64,000 nt of DNA, taken from NCBI GenBank assembly GCA_013265495.1, contig MU060767.1, forward strand, positions 5,133,546 to 5,197,545, in the 5' to 3' direction. A program made the translations under genes and the position numbers. The notes under the pieces were generated by a model that worked only from the letters and a program-made list of their open reading frames with translations, was not told the DNA's origin and did no database searches. Source of the DNA: Vicugna vicugna. Taxonomy: Eukaryota. Below are positions 29,161 through 40,997 of this stretch, in pieces. Positions within the stretch are counted from its first letter, which is position 1, and every line of letters begins with the position of its first letter.

Positions 29161-31433
29161 GCATATTTTCCTTTTTTAATTAGAATTTATTTCTTTGAGC
29201 AGTTTTAGGTTCACAGCAAAATTATTTCTTCTGTTTTTTGGTTTAAATTTTTATATTAATTTTTTATTGGTGAAATTTATTTTGATTTATGCTCTAATGT
29301 AAAAAGCTAAACTGTTTAGTTTTCAAATAGCCCAAATACCATTTATGTATAATCTTCCCTTTCCCTTCTGAGTTGGAAGGCTCCTCATATATTAAGTGTA
29401 TGTATGTGTATAAGTAGGGCCTTTTGTCAAGTTATGTATCCAGTGTCATTGAGCTTTGTGTCTAAAGGAATTTGATTTGGACTTGTTGAAAATGTGAAGT
29501 ATGAGACATCTAAATGGAGAGTCCAGTTGGTAGTTGGATTTCTGGGAGAGGAATTCAAGAGAAAGGTTTGGGTAATAAATATAGATGTGACTGTCATTAA
29601 AGAATAGGTGGAAGTTGAAGGCATGGATCTAAGTCACTTCCCCATGGAGGCCATGAAGAGCCGTGAAGAGCTGGCCACAGAGAATGCCCCAGGGAGGACA
29701 CCAGTCCAAAGATGTAGAAAGGAGGAGGGGCCTGCAGAAGGGGCTGAGGAGATCCTAGAAAGAAGAGAGCACAAAAGTCAAAGGTGAAGAGCATTTCAAG
29801 TATTGAGTGGATGTCAACAGTGTCAAATCCCACAAAGAATCCAGAAAATAACAGATAGTGTCCATGGTGTTTGACATCCAGGGAGGTCACCAACAGCTTC
29901 AGCAACATTTAGTATCTGGGCAGAAAAAGCCAGCTGGGCTGAGGAGTGAATGGGAGAAGAAATTCAGTGTAGAAAGGGACTTCATTTGCAAGAAATTTCC
30001 CCATGGAAGAAAGGAAATAAATAGAACTGTAATGAGAGGTTGAGGTGGGACTGATAAAAGGATTTTCACTGGGAGAGGTCTCTACTGTGTTTATGTGCTG
30101 AAGGAGTCACTAGACGAGGGGTGAATATAGGGAGGAGAGAGGTCAGGAATGGTGGACGCCTGAGGTGGCCGCAGAGACAGGCTTCAGCGTTCAAAGCTCA
30201 GTCTTGGGTAAGATGGAGAGGATGTCACCTCTTAGGAATCAGAGGGGTAGGGTTGGCCATGTGAAGCCATTTGCTGAGGAAGTTCCTTAAAGGCTAGAGG
30301 GCTTTTTGCTTGTTGAATTTTGAGGCCAAATTATCTTAGGGGAGTAAGTAGAGAGGTAGAGGCCTCAGCAGAGAGGCTTGGAATATTCACACTGCAGAAG
30401 AAAGACAGAAAGTTACCAGAGACACACGAAGAGGCCTCACTCGCTCATGGTGACGCTGCCTGTCTGTGCCCAGCACTGTGCTGGGCCCTGGGGGTGCACG
30501 GCTTGGGTGGACACAGCACTCAGAAGTTGGTAGTGAGAGGGAGACAGCACAAGTCAAAAGGAGGGGCTAGGGTGCTGCACTCAAACTCTTATGAGGCACA
30601 CCAGGGATGCAGAGAAGATTCAGAAAGGACTTCATGGAGAAGGGGATGCCTGGGCTGAATCTCAAGCAGGGAATAAATATTTGCTAAACAGACAAATAGG
30701 AGTAGGTGAGGGGTCAGGACCCGGCCCCCAAGAAAAACAGGATAAAACAGCTGAATCAAGGCATTGGAGCATGAGACAATGGTCAGAAGTTGGCATTCCC
30801 AGAGCTGGCGTGGGGAGCAGGTGTGCGAGAGCTGGGACTGAAGAAGTAGGCAGGGGTCTGACATAGAAGGGCTCGAGTGCTAGCCAGGAAGCTCTCAGTC
30901 TCTATCCTGTGCAGTGCAAACCAACAAAGGCCCTGAAGAGCATGGTCAGTTTGCCTCTGGTGAGGATCACCCTCATGACAATACCAAGGGTAAGACTGGA
31001 GCCAGAGAGACTGGAGGCCAGGACCCTGATCAGGAGGAAACTGCTGTAATATATTTCTGACAGATAATAAAGGCACCTGAATTAAGGCAGAATAGTGAGG
31101 GGGGAGCAGAGAGACATATTACAATGTATTGAGGAGAAGGAATGGAAGGGACTTTGGTCACTGCAGATGTGAGGGAGGAGGAGTCTAGGATAACTTGCAG
31201 ATTTCTGACTAAGTGATTTGGTAGAGGGCATGGAGAGTTTAGGAGAAGGGCCCGAGTCCAGAGATAAGACAGTGAATTGAGATCTGGGCATGCTGCATCC
31301 TTGTATTTAGAGAGAAGTCGATCAGGGCCTGTTTCCCAGGGCCCACGACTCAGGAAGAAGATGTGGACCACAAATAAATTAGTTAGGATGGGATGAAATG
31401 CAGTCTGCCAGGGTGTACGTGGAGGTAAACTGT

Positions 31434-31475
31434 GTGTGTGTGTTTGTCTGTGTGTCTGTGTGTGTCTGTGTGTGT
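31434..31475. repeat. (TG)n interrupted microsatellite
   Basis: Read directly from the sequence. Confidence 0.85.
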
Positions 31476-34400
31476 GGAGTGGAGTGGAACAAACCATGGA
31501 GAATTCACTGGTCTATGGATTTAGCTCTTCTTTGGTGACCATGAAAGAGGCTGATGGGGAACAGGCTAGAAGATAGGAGAGCCAAGAGGGCAACATCTCA
31601 GAACCCCCAGTGGGAGACAGCATTGGGGGAGACTGACCATCCATACAGGTGGCATGGCAGAGAGGACACTTGTGGAAGGTCTGCAGAGGAGACCCCAGAT
31701 GTTGATGATCTTGCCAGAGGGGAGCTGTTGCTGAGAATGAGTGATTCTGTTGGGGACAGTGGTGAAGGGGTAAGTGGGCAAAGCCATGGTAAAAAAGTGG
31801 CCACAGTGGGTGTGGGCACCTGAATGCTTCCAAGAAGTGAGACAGTAGATGGGAGGGTGTGAGAGGTGAGAAGAGTGGGTGCAGGATCAAGGGGGGCTTT
31901 TTGTTAAGACTAAGGTGTTCATGGACTCTGAGGAAGTTGCCATGGAAAGGCAGAGACTTCAGGGTTCTCAAAGGAGAAGGTGGGGAACAGGCTCAGCAGG
32001 CCAGGAGAAGGGGATCACCTTGAACCCAAGAGCAGGGGACAGAAGAAGGTTAGGATGGGTCCCGTCAGGGGTGGGCCGGAGTATATGAACAGGGAAAGGG
32101 GAGGGTCTTCCCCCTCTAAAAACTTTGGTTGCTTTTTGAAACTGAACAGGTAATCTCTGAGAAGGCTGGAGTTGGGGAGGGGGTTGCTGCAGTAGCATCA
32201 GGGGCTGAGAAGATGGTGGGCTGAAGAGAAGTCTTAGGGGAACGAGAAGAGTGCAGGGAGGTGGCGAGGAGGGGGGAGGCCAGTGCTGACAGTGCAGGAA
32301 GAGGGGAGACCACGGCCTCCTGGGGCAGAATCCTGTATCCCCAGCACACACCCAGAGGAGGCAGTGGTCTCATCATCTCTGGCTGGGCAGGGGGCAAGGA
32401 GAAAGGGCATAGCAGCATGACAGGGGACAGGACCACGAGGGCCCTGAGGAGAGGTGATGAGGGGAGAGGCCTCCTGGAGTCCAGCAAAGAAGGAAAGGGT
32501 GGAAGAAGCAAAGTGGCCAGTCAGGCTCTGGGGATTCAGGTGAGATTGGAATACGAGTAAGGGAGTGAGGAAAAGGAGGAGGCAGGGTCAGAGTCTGGGG
32601 TTGTAGAGTCTACCATTTTAACACTGGGGCTGCCCCAGCTAAATATGAGCTCCAGACAGAACATTGACAATGACCTATTTATTGCCTCTGCAAAACTCAG
32701 CCCTGAGGCTGGGAGCTCTGGGAAGCCAGGCCAAAGACATCTGGGCATCTAGGGACCTGCTGACATCACACTACCATCATGTCCCAGAGAGCAATCTGCA
32801 GAACCCTATGTGGGCAGGTTGATAAGGAGGTCATGCCCCAGTGAGTAGCGTCTACAGAAGATTCTGGCTCACTAAGGCCAAGCTGGGGCCTGTGGCTCAC
32901 CAGGCCAGGCTAGGATGCTGGACTCAGTGAATTCTTATTCTCTCTGACCTGCCCCCACTTAATCTCAATTTTTCTCAAATAAGAAGGTAGACAAAGGTGG
33001 CACCCTGACATACACCCTTGCTCTGTCCATTCTTGGGGGAGCCCTGCTTGCCTGCCATTGGACTGGTCACTGCAGAGAACTCAGGATGACTCAGCTCCTG
33101 CCCTCTTCTGACTTCTACCTGAGGTGTCTATAAAGCCTCTGGAAATGACCCCTGAGGTCTGATTCTTCTATATACTGCCAGGGTATATATTTTCTCAAAG
33201 GCCTTCTGGAAAACATGCGTGTTAACTTTAGATTCCTGTGCCAGCAGACAGGAGGGCCATATCTCTATCAGATAGCTTTCCAAGCCTGCACACAGGCCTA
33301 TAGTCTTAGCTCTGGACTTTGGGAGGTATGACATTAGAGTCCTGGCCTCTCATAGTCAAGGGACATGTGTTGCTTTTAGCAGACTTAGGGCATTTTCCAA
33401 ATGATTTCCCATTTACTCTTAAGGTGTCATCATTGGGAAAGGAGGAGACCAGGGGGCTAGTTGGATCCTGTGTGGATGGTGTTAGTTGGCCTCTGTGTGG
33501 AAGCTGGAGCAGGTACCTGGGCCTCCCTTGAGCCTCTAGAAGCATCTTCCTGGGGCTGGGAAGAAGAACTTGCCTACAGTGGAACCAAAGACCAGAACCC
33601 AGAATCCTGCTGCTTCTGCCAGCTGCTCTGTCCCCACAGATGATAAATATCCCTAACAGGCTGCTCCTGAGCTCCTGTATTTGAGTCCAGGGTAAACCAC
33701 CTGAGTGATGGCTTAGAGGCTGCCTCCTCCCCACCAAGGAAAATGGTGGGGAGCAGGGAGGTGGTCTCAAATCTCACCCTCACTCATAGCTCGATGTCCT
33801 TTAGGACAGGCCCTGCCCCTTTCTCAGGTAGCTTTTGTGTCCACCTGCCAGCCCTGTATTTAGACCCTGGGCCATTCGTCTGCCTTGTTCCCAGGAAGGC
33901 AGTTGGAGAGGGGAGAACATTCCTGGCAGCGGAGGCTCAGGAAGACAGGGAAAGAAGGAAGACTGAAGGCTCCTGGAGCGGGGCCTGTGGGGGTGGCATG
34001 TGACTGGTGGGGGCAGTGCTGCCTTGGCAACCAGCACTGCTCTGTACTCCCCAGCCATAGTTCACTTGTTCGTCAGATTGGCTCATCTGTCATGCAGGGC
34101 TTTGAAATGGCTGAAAGCATGCTTTACCTTTCCTTTCTAAAACCTTTCCTCCCTGATTTTTTCAGTACCCTCCCCACCCTCACACCCTGGGATCTTCCCC
34201 AGTTCTCCTTCAGTCAGAGACAAACCCAGGTCCTCAAGAGTCCTCACTACCCCACGTCTCCCAGTGTCCACGATGGAGTCTGGGAGTGCACCTCTCATCC
34301 ATAATGACCATGAGGTCTGAAATGGGAACCGGGTTTGACCCCCTGATCCCCGTGAAATTGGCCAGGAGCCCTCTCTTACCACATGCTCCTTCCCGTCATG

Positions 34401-37400
34401 ACAGCTGTAAGCGGCTGCTTCTCTCTCTGGAGAAGCCAGGCTGGGTTCTCCCCACCTGGAAATGAGTTCCACGTGTCTTCTTGGGAGGATTCTGTTGATA
34501 AGTATCTTGCGGGACTGCAAACCAGGCATCGTTTCTGCCTTTCTGGTGGTTCCCTTTTGATGATATTCTGTGGGGAACAAGCAGGGAATGTCAGCTTGTC
34601 CTTGTGGTTACTCACAAGACAGGTTTTTTGGGGAGCTTGCTTGTGAAAACAAGAGCTTTTGCAAACCACTTGCCTGCAACCTGGGCATCTGACAGGGGTA
34701 GAGAAACAGGGCTAGGATTTTAGAAGCCAAGCCCTCTTCTCCCTTCCCCCACAGACCTGTTCCACCCTTTCCTGTACCTACTCTCCTTTGGCTCCATCTG
34801 GCACAAAATCAGGGAAGGTTCTAGGAGAACATCTCCCTCACTGGGGGTTCCCCAAACTCCTACACAAGCCAGCTTATTCCCACAGTGACTTAGCCCTGAG
34901 TTTGCCTATTGGCCCCACCCTATGCTGACTGTGTGCTCCCCACACTCACTCCCCTGTTCCTCTAAGGCAGGGCCAGCTCAGCTTCCTCCCTGCCTCTGAG
35001 ATTTATTCTGAGCTCCTGCCCACAGAAAGTGGATGCTTCTCTCTCTTTACCTGGACAGATAAGACAGACCCTCCAGAGATGAGCCGCAGGGAACACAAAC
35101 ACATCTTGAACTCTAGAGCCCGCAGGGCCCACACACGTGAGCGCGCATGCACACACGCATGCGCACATCTCGCACGCACGTGCATGCGCATATTTTCAGT
35201 CACACACAAAACCCGTTTTTGCAAACATTCATGTGGCTGAGACACTGAGGCCACCAGGGGACCTAGGCCTCACTGCCTGCCCCAGATCTCTGGCACCTCG
35301 GCCACGGAGGATGCTGGTGACACCTGTGTTGCTTCTTCCAGCCTTCAGCTGTTCTGAGGGCTATTTATATGTTCTCAAGAAAGTAGGGGAGGCTAGTTGC
35401 TTGGCTAATGCCAAGCTGAGGCCCTGGATTGGGAGCTGAGTCCATGGGTCTCAGGGCCACCTTCTGAAAGTCGCAAAGCTTGAGATCCAGCACACTTTGT
35501 CCTCCTGCTCCCTGGGGGCTTCGCTGGGTCTCCTCCAGGCCACCCTCCAGCCCTCCTATACCCAGCAAGAATGCCAAGTCCCCGCTCTGACCCAGCCCCT
35601 CCCGCGGCAGGCATTCAGTCCCATCCATCACTAACTTTCCTGCCCTCCCCTCATAGTCATCCCTTTTGAGACCCAGTGTGACTTCGTCCTACCTCCCACT
35701 TCCATCAGCACCTCTTCAACCACACAAGACACCACACACCACAGTGGGTCCCTATTGTAGAAGGGCCCTTCCCTGACCTGCCCTCAAACTCTAGCCAGCA
35801 AATGGCCACCAGACCTAATGCCCAGCACACTCTGAGGCCAGAGGGCTAACCCCAGGCCCAATGCTGCTTCTTAGACCAACGTGTGGTATAACATCCCTGT
35901 GTCCTCTGCCTCCCTTCCGGCCATCAAGAGCCTGGGTCTCAGGGGCATCTCCTGCATCAGTCTGACCAACCTGGATGGCTTGCCGGCTTCACACCAGGTG
36001 CTGCAGTCTGTTGCCTACCACATGGGCTCACACCTGCAGAGTTTGTGCCTCGGTGGGGGCAGCCCCACAGAGGCCTCCTTTGTGGCCCTGATCCTGGGCT
36101 GCCTGGCCCTGTGTATCCTTGACCTCAGTGGCTGCAACAGTCTCTTCACATCGGGCATGCTGCTAGCTCAGCCTGAGACAGCACAGAGGGTCCAGCAGGC
36201 ACTGAGTGGCCTTTGTGAGCTCAACCTGGCTAGCCTGCGGGACCTGGCTGATCTCAGCTTCAACCGTCTCAGTAGCTGTGCCCCCAGCCTGGAGCGCCTC
36301 TCTTTGGCCTACTGCTACCTCACCTTCGAACAAGGCCCAGCCAGGGGCTCCATCGGCCCCTAGGACTCCTCCCCCTCCCAACTCTCCTTTCACAACCTGC
36401 TGCGATTTGTGAAGGAGTGGGCTGGTAGGCTGTGCGCCCTGGACCTGAGTGGCACTGGCTTGCCACCCAAGGCCCTACAGGCCCTGGGCCAGGTGGCCGG
36501 GCTGCAGCTGCAGGAGCTGAGCTTGCACAGATGCCAGGACCTCTCCACAGAGGCTGTGGCTGCTCTTTGCTACCAGCAACCAGGCCTTACCTCCTTGGAC
36601 CTCAGTGGCTGCTCAGAACTAACTGTCTGAAGGGGCGCTCCTGGCTGTGAGCTGAGGCCTGCAGCACCTGCAGCACCTGAGCCTGAGGAAGCTGCAGCGG
36701 GTCACAGATGCGGGATGCTCAGCCCTAGGGGGCCTGCAGGAGCTGCAGAGCCTCAACATGGCCGAGTGCTGCCAGGTGAGAGGGTGGGAACTGGCCCAGG
36801 CGCTGGGCTCGGTGCATGGAGCTCCACCCCCATTGGCCTCCCTCAGCCTGGCCTACTGCTCCTCACTCAAGGTGAGCATCCCATCCCCTTCGTTCCTTCC
36901 CCACCAGGGCTAAGGGCTGGGGTGACTGGGAATGTGGCATCAGGGAGGTGCCCAGTGTTCATGTCCAAGTGGTAGTAGTAGAACTGAACTGGGGACATAG
37001 TCTGGAAGCGGAAAGGAGCCTAGATAGACAGTGCTGCCACCAACACTCCTCCCTGCAGCCCCAACAGTGGGTCCAGGTAGAGGGAGGTCCAAGAGATCAG
37101 GGTGGTCCAGCCCCCAAGGTGGCACACACCTCACAAGCCAAGTGCTTAGTGACCACTGCAGTCTTTGGAGCAGCTCTGGGGGCAGGTGTTCTGGAAGCCG
37201 GGAAGGCTGGTAGAAGGGGTGACAGAACCCAGTCCTGCGGGGAAGGGGCACTGAGGTTCCACCGAAGTGGTTGCTCTGGCAGGGTCTGAGGGAGGGAATG
37301 TGATGTGGGAGCAGAAGGGTCATTTCTTGGCTGAAGCCAGTTTCTTCAGTAGGGCTCAGCCCTGCCCCTCTGGGTGGTGTCCCTATCTTGGCAATGTCAG

Positions 37401-38777
37401 TCTCTCCCTCGTTAGCTGATTATTCCTTCAGTCTAGCACTGTGGCCAGGGCATTCCTAACCTGAAAACCATCTCAGCCTTTTTCCCCACAGGCGCCTCTC
37501 TTCCCCTGTCCTATTCCATCTTCACTGCTGTGTGTCTCTTAGCTGCTCTCTCTGGGGCCCCACATTCTCATGTCTCTGCATCTCACTACAAACCAGCTTC
37601 CTCTATTCTGTGCTTAATTCCTGCTCCCCCTACCTAACCCCAGTTGCTCCTGGCAGGTGGCAGCCCTACCTGGTCTGTGACCTCACAGTTCTAGCAGGAG
37701 CATGTCTGACTGGCTCAGCTAGGATCAGATGTCCGCTACTGGTGCTGGGAGCATAGGCAAGGTGAATACCACAGAAATTTTCACCTGCATCCTTCCTGCC
37801 CCAGCCAATTTGTCCTTCTGGTGCTGCATCTCTAGAACCCACCTCATCCATCTACACTGACTTTCACCAGCACCAGAACATTGTTGCTTCCTTCGAAGGA
37901 CCCTGTGGTAGCTCCCTATTGTCTGTGGGGCTGGAACCTTGGGCAGAACCCTACTAGTGATCCCTGCCAAGCCTGGTGACACAGGCACACCTCTCCACTG
38001 CCCTCTCCCTTTTACACTTCCCTCCTAGGACGCCTCAGTGTTCTCCCTGATCCCCGTGCTGAGCCCAAGCCTTAGGGTGCTAGACTTATCCTCCTGTGTG
38101 GCCCTCACCAACCAAACCATGCAAGCCATCTGCACTTATCTTACCCACCTCTCAGTCCTGTGTCTGGCCTGGTGCAAGGAGCTCCATGACTGGGGGTTTC
38201 TGGGGCTGAGGGAACCAAGTGAGGAGGCTTTGAAAGAGCCCAGGTGAGGGACCCTGGAGGTCAGGTGGGTGGGGCGTTCTCTGCCCTCCTACCCCTCCTA
38301 AGTCTCTCTCTGGGAACATTTGAGGGTCAAACTCAGGAGGAACCTGAGGCAGGGGCTTCTTCCCACAGCCACACCGAGAGCTGGAGCATCAGGCCTCCAG
38401 CCCCAAGAACCCTTCTCCCCAGCCACAGGACCCCTCCCTGCTCACGCTGCAGGCCCTGCGGGAGTTGGACCTCACAGCCTGCAGTAAGCTGACTGATGCC
38501 AGTTTGACCAAGGTGTGGGGCTGGGGGCTGGAGCCAGGGGTCTGGGCCAACCCACTTTTTGCTTGGAAAAACTTCCTTTCTTATGGGCTTCTGCTGCTTT
38601 GGCCATTCCTTTGTCTGGGGGCAGAGGAAGTTGGAAGGGCCCTAGACCTGGGCTCCAGTACACATTACCCTCCACCCCACCCCCATCCTTACAGGTGCTC
38701 CAGTTCCCCCAGCTGAAGCAGTTGTCACTGAGCCTGTTGCCCGCACTTACAGACAAGGGCTTGGTGGCTGTGGCCAG

Positions 38778-38909
38778 NNNNNNNNNNNNNNNNNNNNNNN
38801 NNNNNNNNNNNNNNNNNNNNNNNNNNNNNNNNNNNNNNNNNNNNNNNNNNNNNNNNNNNNNNNNNNNNNNNNNNNNNNNNNNNNNNNNNNNNNNNNNNNN
38901 NNNNNNNNN
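38778..38909. other. Assembly gap (132 N) inside LRRC29 exon 6
   Basis: N run. Confidence 0.99.
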
Positions 38910-39645
38910 GCAGTGAGTGTGTCCGGTGTTGCCACAGTACAGGGGTTTGGCTGGGGCCGATGCTGAGTTGGGCACTCATCTAGTGGCCTCCCTGCAGAAC
39001 ACTGGATACCACTGGGCAAGCGTGCAAGCAACTCCAGACGTTAGATGTGGCCATGTGTCCTGGCATCAGCATGGCTTCTGTCAGGTGCTTCCAAGCCCAA
39101 CTGCCCCAGGTGACCTGTGTCCAGTCCCGCTTCGTGGGGGGTGCTGACCTGACCCTAACACTCCGAGGCCAGGTCAGTAACCAGCCCTGCAGCTCAGCCT
39201 CCGTCACCTCCAGAGTCCTCAGCCCTGGCTTCTTGACCTAGAGTTTGACTCAGTGCCTTCTGTCTCCTTCTGCTACATGCCCCAGAGCCCCTTCTCCTTT
39301 TCTAGGACTAGGGGTGGGACTCATCCAGGGCAGCCCAAGGGGCTTCCTGCCCTACTCTGCCCCACAACCCAGCAGGGACGTTTTCCAGCTACATGTCACG
39401 GTCACAGACCCCTGGAAATGGCAGCTCCTGCTCTCCTGTCCAGGGCTGGGTTCAGAGGCCAGGGTTACAGGTGGGCTGGGGAGGAGCAGACCTTCTGCCT
39501 CTTGCCCTGTCCACTTCTCACACTAAGGCCTGTGCCCACCTTATTCCCTACAGGAGCTCGCGCGCGCCACCTTGTTCCCTACAGGAGCTCTCCCAGTCCC
39601 CTGCCAGCACTGAGCTTTAGCAGTCTTTGTTGTACGCCCAACAAG

Positions 39646-39651
39646 ATTAAA
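39646..39651 (+). terminator. Possible LRRC29 polyadenylation signal
   Basis: ATTAAA about 480 nt after the expected stop position. Confidence 0.45.
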
Positions 39652-40889
39652 AAATTCCAGATCTTACCTCCTTGTTTGAAGTTCTCACACTCTAGGGTCC
39701 CTCCCCTCCCCACCTCAGTTGAAACAGCCCAGCCCAGCCCACAGACAATGTGTAGGAAACACCAGAGGGACAGACAACTTCTTCTTCTGGCCCAAAGCCC
39801 TGCAGGTGCCCTCAGTGGGTCTTAGCTTCTTCCCCAGAGACTCCAGAGGCCTTTCCCCAGCACGAGCCCCAGGACATGGCCTGTAGCAAAGGCACATCTG
39901 TGTGCACTTGTCCCAGCCAGACCCCAAGAGCATGGTGACTAAGGATGCCTGAGTCAGTGAGGCTGTCCTCTGGAAAAGAACAAGAGGCCAGCATCTCTGG
40001 GTATAAAGAGTCATTAGAGGACATCTAGTCCATTCTCCTGAACAGTGCTGGTGACTTCTCAAACAGCTCTGAGAAACAGTCTGTCTCCCATGCATCCACC
40101 CATGCTTTGTTCATCTATCAGTTCACTAGTTCTAGGACAGCTAACTGGGCTGCCTGAGTACCTGCAGGCACTGTGCTTTATGTGGGGAGTCAGAGCTGCT
40201 GAAGCTCTCCCAGCCCTAAGGGCAGTTGGGGAAGCATATTAGCCAACAGGCAGGGCCAGTGCAGTGTGTAGGGTGTGCACAAATAAACAAGCTCCTGGGA
40301 CTAGGAACCCAGGGGAGCAATGAACTTAGCTTAGGAGGTCAAGGAAGACTCAGGTGAGTTTAAAAAGTGGAGGAAAGGAAGGGGACAATGAAGCAGAAGG
40401 GACCAGGGAGGTGCGTGTGGACAGGCCAGAGCTGGCACTGGGGGTAGGGGTGGTCCCAGCCTCTTGGGAGGGAGGATGCCAGCTTGGACCAAGCACTGAG
40501 AACCCTGCAAGCCACAGGCACTCTGTTGGAAGGGCTAAACCACAACATGTCTGCAACCCATCTCAACTCTGTTTAATCTTGGTACCATGACCATTATCCC
40601 AAGGACAATAGGGAGACACTGGCAGCCCCAGACCCACTTTGGCTGGTGCCACCAGACTGCAGGGCTAGCACTGAGGAAAGATGAGGACTCATCTTGGGGA
40701 AGGGTAAGAGGGCCAGCCTGTCCCTACTCTTTCAGAACACCCACCCCTCAACTGTAGCTGCCCAGATTTGTGGCCCTAAGCTGCGGCCCTGGTCTGATTC
40801 CCCTGTCTTCTACGCCAGCTATATTTGAAGGCAAGTGTGGCCTGCAGGGTTCAGAGCTGGCTTGACACATATCCAACAGCCAAGCAGGC

Positions 40890-40895
40890 TTTATT
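40890..40895 (-). terminator. ELMO3 polyadenylation signal
   Basis: TTTATT on + strand, about 100 nt after the stop codon. Confidence 0.7.
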
Positions 40896-40997
40896 TCTGC
40901 TGCAGTATCTGCTGGTCAGGGTGTCTGTGCTTCTCCACCCGCCACCCTTTGTGGCTACCACAGTAGCAGCAGCTGTGGCCCTTGAACAGCTTCACTG

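Larger units (their letters stand above)
27970..31830 (-). mobile_element. Long decayed L2 remnants with an old L1-like AT-rich block (about 28620-29420), SINE and microsatellite
   Basis: Recurrent L2-like motifs (GAGACATC, GAGTGGATG, AAATATTTGCT); boundaries approximate. Confidence 0.5.
24674..39166 (+). pseudogene. LRRC29: F-box/LRR gene LRRC29 (FBXL9), disrupted
   Basis: Exons 24674-24697 (MAESLPLE), 27803-27904 (ILTYILSFLPLSDQKEASLV, F-box), 35875-36871, 38029-38243, 38369-38512, 38695-38912 (part in N gap) and 38998-39166 (...SRFVGGADLTLTL). Lesions: TAG 36361-36363, 4-nt excess 36625-36628, TGA 36653-36655, exon 4/5 phase mismatch, CGA at the expected stop 39164-39166. Confidence 0.88.

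Noticed and set aside
34376-34680. Motif-rich block (TGACAGCTG, TGTGGT, AAACCAC) as an enhancer or small gene
   Set aside because: Short motifs occur by chance, the ORFs lack homology, and conservation cannot be assessed here.
36715-36975. ORF MLSPRGPAGAAEPQHGR, resembling the recalled N-terminus of the short human LRRC29 annotation
   Set aside because: It is an alternative frame of LRR exon 3 that cannot rejoin the LRR frame at the 36871 donor; more likely an annotation by-product of a broken gene than a conserved start.
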